The notes: generated by a model from the letters alone, not told the origin. Counted from the stretch's first letter, positions 38,850 to 48,745 are shown. The stretch is 54,197 nucleotides of DNA from Thermoplasmatota archaeon (GCA_036124005.1 JAZADD010000029.1:1-54197); one strand, 5' to 3'. Made by a program: numbers and translations.

Positions 38850-40847
38850 TCAAGTCTCTGAGAATACTTCAGGGTGCCATGCTGTGATGTATCCTGTGAA
38901 TGCACTGACCATTACAGTTAGAGGGCTGGCGAGATACAACCGACCCGGACCTGAACGGCCCTGAAAGTTACGATTAATCGCAGAAATTGTGACTTGGTTC
39001 GGATTATTACTGATACCAGGCCCTGCTCCAATACAAGCACCGCAACCAGGATCAATGAGGTGAATACCCACCTCTTCAAAGAGAACCGTCCACCCCATCC
39101 TTTCGGAAAGTTGCTTGACTGATCCGGATCCGAATTGGATGTAGCACTCAACACCATCTGCAACTTTCAAACCAGCATCACGTGCGGCTTTAGCGACTTT
39201 TGCATAGTAGGAGAAATCATCATCTTTGCCTGCAGTACACGATCCTGCATAGGCTATGTCGATAGGAACCTTTCCAATTTCATCGATGTACGCTCCATTG
39301 GTCGGGTCCGACGGTATTCCTTTGTCGGGATCTCCAGGGTGAGCAACCATTGGTCTAATTTTGTCAAGGTCGATAGTATGGATTCCTCCATGATAGACAG
39401 CATCCTCATCAGGGAACACAAACGCGTTTCTAATCTGTTCTTCATTCAAATCATTTCGTCGTTCTAATAACCAATCAATGGTTAATTGATCAGGGTCACA
39501 GATTCCGGTTTTAGCACTACATTCAGTGGCCATATTGCATAGTGTTGCTCGTTCATCCATGGAGATAGAAGCAAGTCCTGGGCCACCAAATTCCATTGAT
39601 CGGTCTAGCGTGTCAGAGTGTTTTGCATAATGCCACAGGATGTGAAGAATAACATCTTTGGCTGTACAACCAGGATTCAAACTTCCAGTTAATTCAAATC
39701 TGATACTTTCAGGGACTTTGACGAAGGCAAATTGATTGTGAACCAAGTTTGCATATTCGGTTGAACCGACACCATAAGTCAACGCGTTTGAGGCGCCCCC
39801 CATGCAAGTGTGACTATCAGTAGCTTGAATGAAATCCCCAACATCAATGAATTCCTCTCTGGCAACTTGATGACAAATTCCGGGGCTTACACCATTCTTG
39901 GCAGAGTAATCACGAACACCTGTATGTTTTTGAAAGGCTACTTGCAAATCCCTCAATGTTTGAATTTTATCGACAAATGGTCCAAACCTTGGTACGTCAG
40001 TTGCATAGAGTAAATGGTCCTCAAATACAGCAAATTTGGGTGGATTTGGCAAGGTATAATCTGCACCATATTCGGCTGCAAGGAAATTGTGAACTTGGGC
40101 AGTTGTAAACTCATGACTATAGCCTCCGTCAACAGTTGCTAATACAGCATCTCCTGGAGAAACATAACACGGAACATCCCCTCTTCCAATCAATTTGTTT
40201 GCAATAATCTTCTCAGCCATCGTCATACCGCGTCGTACAGTAGAAACAGCCGGCAACTCAATTTGCCCACTTTTCAATTTTTTAGCAAAAGGAAGAATAC
40301 CACCATTTTCTAAAATCAATTTAGTGACAGAATCGTATTTTTGTGTGAATTCCGTAAGTGGAATAGATTCTCCATTTTGCAATCGTTCCAACATTTGGTG
40401 ATCACCCATTACTTGTCCAAGGTTGATGTTATTTCGTTCATGGATGGGGGCAAATGATGCTGCAATTACAACCCGAATCCCAGACCACCTTTCGCATTGA
40501 GGAGCAGTTTCACGACTACTCCCGGTCCCTTTTCGATGCCCACTTACAATTACTTTGAATCCCCCCTCTTTTAGCGCACCTGGATTGAACACACGCTCTC
40601 CTTCATGAAGTAGGCCAGCATACGCATTTTCTGCGATTTTTGCAGGATCGTGATCAAAGCAAACCCATGCCGGCGTCATAACATCTGTATTGATGTCATC
40701 CAGTAGGTCATCTATGGTGAGATCAGTCATTTTGAGATTCAATCCATTGTATAGCTGTTGACGAATTAAGTCCAGATCTTTGGTTAAAAACAGTACACGG
40801 GCCTCTGAATCTAGTCTAATAGATTCAGGGGGCCAGACCTCAGTCAT
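38850..40847 (-). CDS. Aconitase-family Fe-S hydro-lyase with the swivel (LeuD-like) domain N-terminal to the catalytic (LeuC-like) domains
   Basis: The N-terminal region GHRKGTGSSRETAPQCERWSGIRVVIAASFAPIHERNNINLG matches the swivel-domain signature. Downstream come DSHTCMGG, GSCTAGK and PGCGACIG, the Fe-S cluster Cys blocks. Confidence 0.8.
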   Translation of the reverse strand: MTEVWPPESIRLDSEARVLFLTKDLDLIRQQLYNGLNLKMTDLTIDDLLDDINTDVMTPAWVCFDHDPAKIAENAYAGLLHEGERVFNPGALKEGGFKVIVSGHRKGTGSSRETAPQCERWSGIRVVIAASFAPIHERNNINLGQVMGDHQMLERLQNGESIPLTEFTQKYDSVTKLILENGGILPFAKKLKSGQIELPAVSTVRRGMTMAEKIIANKLIGRGDVPCYVSPGDAVLATVDGGYSHEFTTAQVHNFLAAEYGADYTLPNPPKFAVFEDHLLYATDVPRFGPFVDKIQTLRDLQVAFQKHTGVRDYSAKNGVSPGICHQVAREEFIDVGDFIQATDSHTCMGGASNALTYGVGSTEYANLVHNQFAFVKVPESIRFELTGSLNPGCTAKDVILHILWHYAKHSDTLDRSMEFGGPGLASISMDERATLCNMATECSAKTGICDPDQLTIDWLLERRNDLNEEQIRNAFVFPDEDAVYHGGIHTIDLDKIRPMVAHPGDPDKGIPSDPTNGAYIDEIGKVPIDIAYAGSCTAGKDDDFSYYAKVAKAARDAGLKVADGVECYIQFGSGSVKQLSERMGWTVLFEEVGIHLIDPGCGACIGAGPGISNNPNQVTISAINRNFQGRSGPGRLYLASPLTVMVSAFTGYITAWHPEVFSET

Positions 40848-40961
40848 GTGGTTTCACCAACCCCACCATGTGTTCAGCCTATTTGACCATTAGCCGTTGA
40901 TTCTTGGATTGGAAACCCTTCACAATTAGATTCAGAATAAGATAAAAAACATCCATAAGGA

Positions 40962-40969
40962 TTTAAATA
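40962..40969 (+). promoter_or_regulatory. Candidate archaeal TATA box for tfb
   Basis: TTTAAATA is centred about 37 nt upstream of the tfb ATG (41002), preceded by the purine-rich stretch ATAAGGA. This fits a short-leader transcript. Confidence 0.4.
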
Positions 40970-41001
40970 CTTTAGCCAGCCGAGCAATAATATCTTCGGA
41001 G

Positions 41002-41937
41002 ATGATTCAAATGTCTGATGCACAAGTGGAAGATATCGTCAAATGCCCAGAATGTGGTAGCAGAGACCTCGATCGAGATGAGACACGCGGAGAAATTGTC
41101 TGCTCGATGTGTGGTTTGGTGGTTGAGGACAATGTCATTGATCAGGGCGCCGAATGGCGTGTTTTCAGTCCAGAACAGGGCGATCAGAGAGCCAGAACTG
41201 GAGCACCTATGACTGTAATGCTCCACGATAAAGGACTCTCTACTGACATCGATTGGCAGAATAAGGACTACTCTGGTAAGACAATCTCCTCTAGATATCG
41301 AAGTCAATTCTATCGGATGAGGAAGTGGCAAAAACGCTCTCGTGTATCTAATGCAACGGAGCGAAATCTTGCTATGGCACTCGCAGAACTAGATCGAATG
41401 GCGAGCCGTCTAAATCTTCCTAAATCAATTCGTGAAGCTGCTGCTGTTAACTACAAACGCGCAGTGGAGGCTCGACTTATCCGCGGGCGCTCCATAGAAG
41501 GCGTTGCTGCAGCTAGCCTATATGCTGCTTGCAGGCAATGTGGAAACCCACGAACTCTTGATGAAATCAGCACAGCATCTAGGACGGGTCGGAAGGAGAT
41601 TGGGCGCACTTACCGATTTATGGTTAGAGAACTCCGAATGAAAATCCCTCATACAACACCTGAGATGTACATCCCTCGATTTTGTTCCGGCCTCGATTTA
41701 GATGCAGAAGTACAATCCAAAGCGTACGAATTAATTCAGAAGGCCCAAGAAAAAGAGTTGACCAGTGGGCGAGGTCCAACTGGGATAGCAGCCTCGATTA
41801 TTTACATTGCATCGGTTCTCTGTGGCAAGCGGCGAACGCAGCGAGAAGTAGCCGAAGTCGCTGGAGTTACTGAAGTTACAATCCGAAATCGATACAAGGA
41901 ATTAATCCAAAATTTGAATATTGAATTAGAAATTTAA
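41002..41937 (+). CDS. tfb: Transcription initiation factor IIB (TFB)
   Basis: N-terminal zinc ribbon CPECGS...CSMCG, then a B-finger/linker and two cyclin-fold repeats ([18 protein letters not shown] and [15 protein letters not shown]). Confidence 0.93.
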   Translation: MIQMSDAQVEDIVKCPECGSRDLDRDETRGEIVCSMCGLVVEDNVIDQGAEWRVFSPEQGDQRARTGAPMTVMLHDKGLSTDIDWQNKDYSGKTISSRYRSQFYRMRKWQKRSRVSNATERNLAMALAELDRMASRLNLPKSIREAAAVNYKRAVEARLIRGRSIEGVAAASLYAACRQCGNPRTLDEISTASRTGRKEIGRTYRFMVRELRMKIPHTTPEMYIPRFCSGLDLDAEVQSKAYELIQKAQEKELTSGRGPTGIAASIIYIASVLCGKRRTQREVAEVAGVTEVTIRNRYKELIQNLNIELEI

Positions 41938-41956
41938 TTCGGTACTCTAATAATGA

Positions 41957-42691
41957 TTGATTGATATATTCTGGATGGGGAAAGATATGCGGGAAAAAGG
42001 CATGTCCGCAGGATCAAATCAGGATTTTTTAGTAGATTCAACCGATGAAATATACGAAAAATTTCAGAAATTATCTTCCACATTAAGCAATCCATCATAC
42101 GAACCAAGTTCAATGTTGAGTGAACGAATCCGTTCATATCTCAAGGATGAATTACCCCAAGAGATTGAGCGCGGAGTAGAGGAATTACAAGAAAAAGAAT
42201 CCAATCTTGAACTTCCATCACTTTTGAAAACCGCTCGTAACTATTTACAAAAAAATGAATGGAATTTTGAAATTCTTCCTGATCACAGCACAATAGCTCT
42301 TGGTTTTGAGGGAGTAAATGGTGAATGGCATTGTATGATTCAGACTCGTGAATCAGAGGAACAGATGATTTTTTATTCTTCTTTGAGTGAAAATATTCCA
42401 ACAAATAAAATTGATACAATGATGAGATTCATCACGATGGTGAATTATCGATTAGTTGTTGGTAATTTTGAGTTAGATGTTACTGATGGAGAATTAAATT
42501 ACAAAACGTCGTTGGATTTGGAGGGTGTACATTTGAATCATGAGATGATTCGCAACATTATTCACACGAATCTAGCAACTTTTGATCGCCATCTCCCTGG
42601 AATCAAAATTATTCTTGATGGGGGATTAACGGAACAGGCGATGGATGCAATTGAGATGAATCAGTCTTCAGGTACCCATTCCATATCATGA
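41957..42691 (+). CDS. Hypothetical protein, possibly YbjN-like fold (weak)
   Basis: 244-aa ORF, 19 nt after tfb. NEWNFEILPDHSTIALGFEGVNGEWHCMIQ resembles YbjN-type sensory/chaperone-like domains. Start uncertain. Confidence 0.45.
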   Translation: MIDIFWMGKDMREKGMSAGSNQDFLVDSTDEIYEKFQKLSSTLSNPSYEPSSMLSERIRSYLKDELPQEIERGVEELQEKESNLELPSLLKTARNYLQKNEWNFEILPDHSTIALGFEGVNGEWHCMIQTRESEEQMIFYSSLSENIPTNKIDTMMRFITMVNYRLVVGNFELDVTDGELNYKTSLDLEGVHLNHEMIRNIIHTNLATFDRHLPGIKIILDGGLTEQAMDAIEMNQSSGTHSIS

Positions 42692-43122
42692 TGGGGCCCA
42701 ATTCCCTCGATTTCGAATACGTCGGATACTATTGCAAAACCACATCTTTGGTACATTGGAACAGCCCGAATCCTTGCATTGCACCAAATCCCTGTGTTAT
42801 GAGAGGCCGCAAATTCTTGAAGAAAATTCACGATTTTTGTTCCAATGCCTTGATTCCGTACCCCCTCGTCCACGGCCATTCCTCGAATACGGTAAATCGC
42901 ACCGTCTCGTGGGTCTGTTTGTAAAGTGGCACAACCAACCATTCGACTACCAATATGTGCGACAACGAATTTTGTTTTGGGGTCTTCATCAATCCCATGA
43001 TAGTGTGCAGTTTCAAGAGGAAGTCCGATACGGAGAACTCTCCATCTAAGATTGAGATGATCGTCGTCGACAGAATCCGCCCACGAATACCGTGCCTCCA
43101 TGCCTTGTCCAATATCTCTCAA
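42661..43122 (-). CDS. GNAT family N-acetyltransferase
   Basis: Acetyl-CoA motif A: IRGMAVDEGVRNQGIGTKIV. Confidence 0.8.
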   Translation of the reverse strand: MRDIGQGMEARYSWADSVDDDHLNLRWRVLRIGLPLETAHYHGIDEDPKTKFVVAHIGSRMVGCATLQTDPRDGAIYRIRGMAVDEGVRNQGIGTKIVNFLQEFAASHNTGIWCNARIRAVPMYQRCGFAIVSDVFEIEGIGPHHDMEWVPED

Positions 43123-43180
43123 CGCAAATAGCCACCGGGAGACCCAACCCCTGAAACGATGGAGGGCAGTCCCACGTCTA

Positions 43181-43765
43181 ATGGTGGAGGATACATCCGA
43201 CTCAATGATTCATCCTACATCGATTATTGGTGAAGATGTAAAACTCGGTTATGGAGTCCGAATCTGGCATTTTTGTCACATTCGAGAAGGCGCTCGAATA
43301 GGAGCCAACTCTTCGCTTGGACAGAATGTTGTCGTTGGCCCAGATGTTGAAATTGGTTCAGGCTGCCGAATCCAAAACAATGTTTCCATTTTTTCCGGAG
43401 TCACATTGGAATCAGATGTATTCATTGGCCCATCTTGTGTATTTACGAATGTGCTAACTCCGCGAGCCAGTATCAACCGTCACTCGGAATTTGCATCGAC
43501 ATTAGTCCGTCAGGGTGCCACGATTGGTGCTAACGCTACTATTCTATGTGGGATTGAAATTGGCCAATTTGCAATGATTGGTGCAGGTAGCGTGGTCACG
43601 CGCACGGTGCCACCCCATGCTCTGGTAGTAGGGAATCCAGCAAGGCAAATAGGATGGGTGGGGCAATCCGGTGAGACTTTGAATTCTGATTTGATTTGTC
43701 CAAAAACAGGAGAGAAGCATATCATCGAGAACGATATCCTCCGCAGGGAGGGAGTGGATAGATGA
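43181..43765 (+). CDS. Left-handed beta-helix (hexapeptide repeat) acyl/acetyltransferase, WbpD/sugar N-acetyltransferase-like
   Basis: Consecutive hexapeptide repeats (IGEDVKLGYGVRIWHFCHIREGARIGANSSLGQNVVVGPDVEIGSGCRIQNNVSI...). ATG 43181 chosen within the ORF from 43100. Confidence 0.8.
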   Translation: MVEDTSDSMIHPTSIIGEDVKLGYGVRIWHFCHIREGARIGANSSLGQNVVVGPDVEIGSGCRIQNNVSIFSGVTLESDVFIGPSCVFTNVLTPRASINRHSEFASTLVRQGATIGANATILCGIEIGQFAMIGAGSVVTRTVPPHALVVGNPARQIGWVGQSGETLNSDLICPKTGEKHIIENDILRREGVDR

Positions 43766-44349
43766 AGTGGATTAGCCTATTGTTGGCATTCATGTTTGTC
43801 GGTTGCATTGGTGCCTCTCCAGAGCCTGAAGATCCCTACCATGGTATCGAATGGACGGGAACCAATCCGGCTCCGTTGTTTATGTTGGAGTCTTCAGATG
43901 GTGAACTTTGGTCACTTGAAGATCAGCGGAATAAGACAATTGTTCTCGCTTTTACCTATACTCGTTGCTATGCTACGTGTCCAGTGACTTCTGCTACGTT
44001 AGCTGCTATTCATGAATCCCTTTCAGATGAGGAAAAGAGTCGAATCGAGTTTGTCTCAGTCACCATTGATCCCTGGCATGATTCTCCATCGGTCTTGACT
44101 AATTGGACTGAGGAACGTGGGTATGAATGGCCTCATCTAACAGGTGCTCCAGAGGCTGTTGTTCCAGTGTTAAATGAATATGGAGTCGCCCCTGTAGATT
44201 TCGAAGACGATTCTGAAGAAGGATACGGATTTAGTCATACACAGCCGACTTACATCATCGATGGAAATGGTAACGCATTGGTACTTTGGACTGAGCCAGA
44301 TTTACCATTAGATCTCTTCCTTGAGGACCTTCGACTCATTGCGGGGTGA
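43762..44349 (+). CDS. SCO1/SenC family copper chaperone / thiol-disulfide protein, probable lipoprotein
   Basis: Lipobox-like LLAFMFVGC. CxxxCP motif in FTYTRCYATCPVT. Also IDPWHDSP and HTQPTYIIDGNG blocks. The start overlaps the previous stop (ATGA). Confidence 0.8.
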   Translation: MKWISLLLAFMFVGCIGASPEPEDPYHGIEWTGTNPAPLFMLESSDGELWSLEDQRNKTIVLAFTYTRCYATCPVTSATLAAIHESLSDEEKSRIEFVSVTIDPWHDSPSVLTNWTEERGYEWPHLTGAPEAVVPVLNEYGVAPVDFEDDSEEGYGFSHTQPTYIIDGNGNALVLWTEPDLPLDLFLEDLRLIAG

Positions 44350-44356
44350 TATTCTG

Positions 44357-45280
44357 ATGAATGTCCGCCGTCGAGCGACTTGGGCACTTCTATTGGTCAC
44401 TCTTCTTTGGGGAGGGACCTTCATTTGGATGCAGCAAGCGTTGGATGCGAGTGCAACTTTGACGCCTTCATTAGCGGAAAATGATGCAGCGGTCTTCTTC
44501 GTTCTAATGAGATTTCTAATTGCTTCTGCAGTACTTCCTCTAGTTCTTAGTGAGGCACGAAAAGGCCTGTTGAACGCTTCTAATTGGAAGGCAGGCTCTT
44601 TGCTTGGGGTTCTGATTTGGGGTGGATTCCTGTTACAGATGATTGGTCTAACTGATGTTACACCCGCCGTATCCGCTTTTCTGACAAGCCTCTACGTTGT
44701 GTTCACATCTTTGATTGCTATGTTACTTACTCGCCGACTTCTTTCTCTTCCAGCAATAGTCGGTGTTGTTCTTGCTACAATTGGTGCAGGTTGGATTTCT
44801 GGCCCACCCCAAATCAATTTTGGAATTGGTGAGTGGTTGACAATTGCTTGTGCTTTTCTTTTTGCCGCACACATCATTGCAACAGATCGATTGACGCAAG
44901 GTAAGGATGCAGTAGGCATGACTGCAACCATGTTACTTACTGTAACCATACTTTCAGGTATTACACAATTGGTTTTCGGCTCAAGTGACTACAACCTTCT
45001 TGTCAATCTTACACTATCTCCATCATTCCTCATTCCCTTGCTATGTTGTGCGCTTCTTGGAAGTATAGTTGCGTTGTTGTTGCTGATGCTCCATCAGAGA
45101 AATCTTGACCCAGTCCATGCAGCGGTACTCTATGCAGCAGAACCAGTCTGGGCCATGCTTGCATCATTGGCCTTAGGCTTAGAGGGAGGCCTTACCATTT
45201 GGCTAATTTTCGGAGCGTCCGCTATTCTTATTGGGAATTTAGTAGTCCAATTTGGTGAGAACTCTGATGAAGAGGAATGA
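44357..45280 (+). CDS. EamA/DMT superfamily transporter
   Basis: About 10 hydrophobic helices in two similar halves. ATG 44357 chosen within the ORF from 44321. Confidence 0.7.
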   Translation: MNVRRRATWALLLVTLLWGGTFIWMQQALDASATLTPSLAENDAAVFFVLMRFLIASAVLPLVLSEARKGLLNASNWKAGSLLGVLIWGGFLLQMIGLTDVTPAVSAFLTSLYVVFTSLIAMLLTRRLLSLPAIVGVVLATIGAGWISGPPQINFGIGEWLTIACAFLFAAHIIATDRLTQGKDAVGMTATMLLTVTILSGITQLVFGSSDYNLLVNLTLSPSFLIPLLCCALLGSIVALLLLMLHQRNLDPVHAAVLYAAEPVWAMLASLALGLEGGLTIWLIFGASAILIGNLVVQFGENSDEEE

Positions 45281-45339
45281 CTTGAATCAAGCCGAATATA
45301 GGGAGTAGTGTTCAAGAATCGGTGAATAGTCGGTGAATC

Positions 45340-45681
45340 ATGGCGACCTTCGATCCTGCTTCAATGGTCTTCGGGGGTTTTACCGATCAACTTGATGCTG
45401 CATTTGGCTCATCAATAGGGTGGTTTGTCGGTAATTTGCTTTTACTTGCCGTTGTTTTTGGTTTGATTCAGGCGCTTAGAAACGCTTTCGACATAGTCGA
45501 ATATTTTGAAATTACAAATGCCAAGATCACATCTTGGATTGGATACACTATCGCCACCATCATTCAACACATGGTTTTCATATCATTCGGTTTTCCCTTC
45601 ATTGGCGCTTTTGTAACTGCAATATCTTCTACACTTCTTTGGAAGTGGACCTTTGATACATTGACTCCGACGGACGCTTGA
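45340..45681 (+). CDS. Hypothetical small membrane protein
   Basis: 113-aa ORF with three hydrophobic helices. A GGTGA Shine-Dalgarno-like sequence lies 4-8 nt upstream. Confidence 0.45.
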   Translation: MATFDPASMVFGGFTDQLDAAFGSSIGWFVGNLLLLAVVFGLIQALRNAFDIVEYFEITNAKITSWIGYTIATIIQHMVFISFGFPFIGAFVTAISSTLLWKWTFDTLTPTDA

Positions 45682-45731
45682 GCGCATCTTTGGACGGCGG
45701 GTTGAAACACCCTCGTGCTTCACTCCCAGAC

Positions 45732-47096
45732 ATGGCGACCTTCGGAGACCGCCCTACTCTTCCAGAGGATTTGTCTGAATTGCTTTCAGACGAGACAGCT
45801 AGCACAGTATTTCTCAAGGCCGACTGTCCCCCTCGAGTGAAATCTGGACATATTTCAGAGATTAGATTAGTCGAACTAGAGGAAGAGCCCTGGTCACGTG
45901 GCCGAGTCGAAACTCTTGCTGACGCAATCCATCAAGTGGTTGAAGAGAATCAAGACAGATCCGATTGTTTTGTGGAAATTGAACGTCTTGGATGTACGAT
46001 TTTGCAGGTAGGGGATCTTCGAGTAACGTGTGCATCACCCCCATTTTCTGATGCCTGGGAGATTACCGTAGTCCGACCAGTAGCCCGTTTGAGTATTGCA
46101 GATTATGACTTACAGCAAGATCTCATAGATCGTCTTTCAGATCATCATCGTGGCATATTTGTCGTAGGTAAACCAGGTTCTGGAAAGAGTACTTTTGCTA
46201 CAGCAATTGCCGATCATCTCGACCAAGAGATTGGCGCGATGGTCAAGACGATGGAGGCTCCACGTGATCTTCAGGTAGCTCAACGAATTACTCAGTATGC
46301 ACCATTAGAAGGCGATTTAGAGAAGACTGCGGAAGTAATCTTCCTTGTTCGTCCTGATTTTGTAATCTACGATGAGGTAAGAAGAGCCAACGATTTCCGA
46401 ATCTTTTCTGATGTTCGCCTTGCAGGTGTAGGACTTCTCGGAGTGACTCATGCGAATAGTGGTCTTGAAGCAATTCAGCGACTTGTGGGCAAGGTTGAAC
46501 TTGGTTTGATTTCACAGGTACTCGATACTGTTGTACATATTGAGCGAGGTAAAGTACACGAAGTTCTCGAACTGAAGATGGTAGTTCGAGCACCTTCAGG
46601 CATGGATGCAGAATTATCTCGACCAGTCATTGAGATTCGGCGATTCCCAGAGGGGATTCTAACTCACGAGATGTTCGCTTTCGGTTCTGAAATCGCAGTA
46701 GTTCCTGTGACGACAGATGGAGAATCCAATCAATCCAGTCCAATTCGACGTCTTGCTTCTGAAGAGCTGCGTCGTTTGATTAGAGGTTTTACAGGTGTTC
46801 GAGTACACCATGTTCAATTCACAGGAGAATCAAATGCAGAAGTGTATGTTGACGAGGCTGCAATCGGTTCAGTAGTTGGTCCTGGCGGAGATTCTGTTCG
46901 TGCTTTAGAGGAAGAAGTTGGAGGAGTTCGCTTGAAAATCAAGGGCTACAAAGAACTCTCTCATGCGCTTCGACGTGAAATCGATCAACGTGCCCATCTA
47001 CAAGATCACGGATTTGACCCATCGACCGCTTTCCGCTCTTGGGAGTCATCAAAAGGTGGACGTAAAGGAAAGAGAAAGAAAAATCGTCGTCGTTGA
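45732..47096 (+). CDS. PilT-family-like P-loop ATPase with a C-terminal KH domain (archaeal COG1855-like); N-terminal PIN region degenerate or absent
   Basis: Walker A VVGKPGSGKST, Walker B-like VIYDEVR and KH GxxG in IGSVVGPGGDSVRALEEEVG, then a basic tail. The ORF opens at TTG 45678; first ATG is at 45732. Confidence 0.75.
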   Translation: MATFGDRPTLPEDLSELLSDETASTVFLKADCPPRVKSGHISEIRLVELEEEPWSRGRVETLADAIHQVVEENQDRSDCFVEIERLGCTILQVGDLRVTCASPPFSDAWEITVVRPVARLSIADYDLQQDLIDRLSDHHRGIFVVGKPGSGKSTFATAIADHLDQEIGAMVKTMEAPRDLQVAQRITQYAPLEGDLEKTAEVIFLVRPDFVIYDEVRRANDFRIFSDVRLAGVGLLGVTHANSGLEAIQRLVGKVELGLISQVLDTVVHIERGKVHEVLELKMVVRAPSGMDAELSRPVIEIRRFPEGILTHEMFAFGSEIAVVPVTTDGESNQSSPIRRLASEELRRLIRGFTGVRVHHVQFTGESNAEVYVDEAAIGSVVGPGGDSVRALEEEVGGVRLKIKGYKELSHALRREIDQRAHLQDHGFDPSTAFRSWESSKGGRKGKRKKNRRR

Positions 47097-47155
47097 CCCC
47101 CCAATCATGATATTCGCGGTGACTTCTTGAGAAGGGCCCGGTTCAGACACCCTGC

Positions 47156-48745
47156 ATGTCCGGAGGAGAAGGCACCCCACCGGTCGTGATTGTACGTCCT
47201 GAGACGAACGTCACAAGTGGAACCGCAGTTCAAGAGAAACTAATCTCGGCAGCGCGTGCTTTCGCTGATATCTTGAAGCCCACACTCGGTCCGAGAGGCC
47301 TTGATAAGATGCTTTACAAGACGGATGGAACAACAGCCGTAACCAATGATGGTGCGAAAATTGTAGCCGAATTGATGGTGCGCCATCCGGCTGCAAAGGC
47401 TTTCGTTAGTCTTGCTGAATCTCAAGAGAATGCTTGTGGAGATGGTGTGACTCGGTCACTACTTGTTGCGGGGGAACTTTTGGTTGAAGCAGATCGCTTG
47501 ATTCGCATGGGACTTCATCCTCTGACAATTGTGGATGGCTATCTTGCAGCCTTGAAAGTGGTCGAGGAATCAATCCATGACTTTTCCAAATCTCTTGATG
47601 ATGTTGGAAATGACGCACTTCTTTCGGTTGCGAAGACAGCGTTACGTGGAAAATCCGCCGATCAAGATATCGATAATTTTGCTAAGATAGTATCAGAGTC
47701 GACGCACCAGATAACTCGAGAGACATCCGAAGGACTACGTTCAGAGGCCGAAGATGTTAGCATGTATTTGCTGGGTCGAAAAGGAATCAAAGACAGCTAC
47801 CTTCTTCGTGGTATTCAGGTCCGTCGCCGTGTATTACTCGATCGACTTGAGGGAGAACGTCAGAACCTTCGAGTTGCTGTTATTCATGGCGATCTTAAGG
47901 CCCGAGAACTACATCGTGATGCGGAGATAGAGGTTGAGAGCCCTGAACAATTGAGCGGATTCATTACTGAGGAAAATGAGCGTAAGGTAACCTTGGTTGA
48001 GAATCTCCTTCGATTGGATATTGGTGCTATTTTTGTCTCAGGTGAGGTCGATCGTGATATTCTCCATCACCTTGTTGATGAAGGCGTTTTTGTCGCTGAT
48101 GGATTCGATGATTCAGAACTCAGGAACCTTTGTGGCGTTACACAAGCCAAACTCAGTTCTTCAGTTCACCACCTTACATCAGATGACATTGGTCAAGCAG
48201 AATCGGTGAATTGTGAGCGAAGGACAGCAACAGATCGTGTTGAGGATGAGATAGTTGTAATCGGTGGAGAGCATGCTGAGGTAGTAACCATAGCAGTTGG
48301 AGGCACAGAAGGTGCCGCTGCTGAGGAGGTTGTGCGTGGACTCCACGATGCTCTTCGAAGCACAACTCTAGCAATGAGGACCGATTCTCTTCTTCCAGGA
48401 GCAGGTGCCACACACATCCGTCTTGCAATGCTGGTTCGTACGGCAGCGGAACAGCGCTCTGATAGAGCAAAGCTTGCTATGAACGCCTTTTCTCGGGCCC
48501 TAGATATCGTTCCTGCGACACTTGTTGAAAATGCAGGGGGTGATTCATTGGATTCGATTCTTGCTCTTCGTGCTTCTTCATTGGAAGAACAGATTTTCGG
48601 TATTGGTATAGACGGTAATGTTACTACAGTCCCCGGCGATGTTTTGCATCCTACTGAAACGATTCTCAATGGAATCATAGGTGCAACTGAGACCGCCTGC
48701 TCTCTACTTCGTATTGATCAGGTAATTTCTGCCAGAGGAGATTGA
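47156..48745 (+). CDS. ths: Group II chaperonin (thermosome) subunit, divergent
   Basis: TLGPRGLDKML, VTNDGAKIV and HPAAK blocks are present. The nucleotide-binding motifs deviate from consensus: GDGVTR instead of GDGTTT and LPGAGAT instead of V/AGGGA. Confidence 0.85.
   Translation: MSGGEGTPPVVIVRPETNVTSGTAVQEKLISAARAFADILKPTLGPRGLDKMLYKTDGTTAVTNDGAKIVAELMVRHPAAKAFVSLAESQENACGDGVTRSLLVAGELLVEADRLIRMGLHPLTIVDGYLAALKVVEESIHDFSKSLDDVGNDALLSVAKTALRGKSADQDIDNFAKIVSESTHQITRETSEGLRSEAEDVSMYLLGRKGIKDSYLLRGIQVRRRVLLDRLEGERQNLRVAVIHGDLKARELHRDAEIEVESPEQLSGFITEENERKVTLVENLLRLDIGAIFVSGEVDRDILHHLVDEGVFVADGFDDSELRNLCGVTQAKLSSSVHHLTSDDIGQAESVNCERRTATDRVEDEIVVIGGEHAEVVTIAVGGTEGAAAEEVVRGLHDALRSTTLAMRTDSLLPGAGATHIRLAMLVRTAAEQRSDRAKLAMNAFSRALDIVPATLVENAGGDSLDSILALRASSLEEQIFGIGIDGNVTTVPGDVLHPTETILNGIIGATETACSLLRIDQVISARGD

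Noticed and set aside
45319-45339. Direct repeat TCGGTGAAT x2 (period 11) just before the ATG at 45340.
   Set aside because: Each copy contains GGTGA, complementary to the archaeal 16S 3' end. The simplest reading is a duplicated Shine-Dalgarno region rather than a distinct element.
48193-48678. 161-aa antisense ORF inside the thermosome gene.
   Set aside because: It has a low-complexity Ser/Ala/Arg/Pro composition and lies fully within a confidently identified chaperonin CDS. It is most likely a chance open frame.
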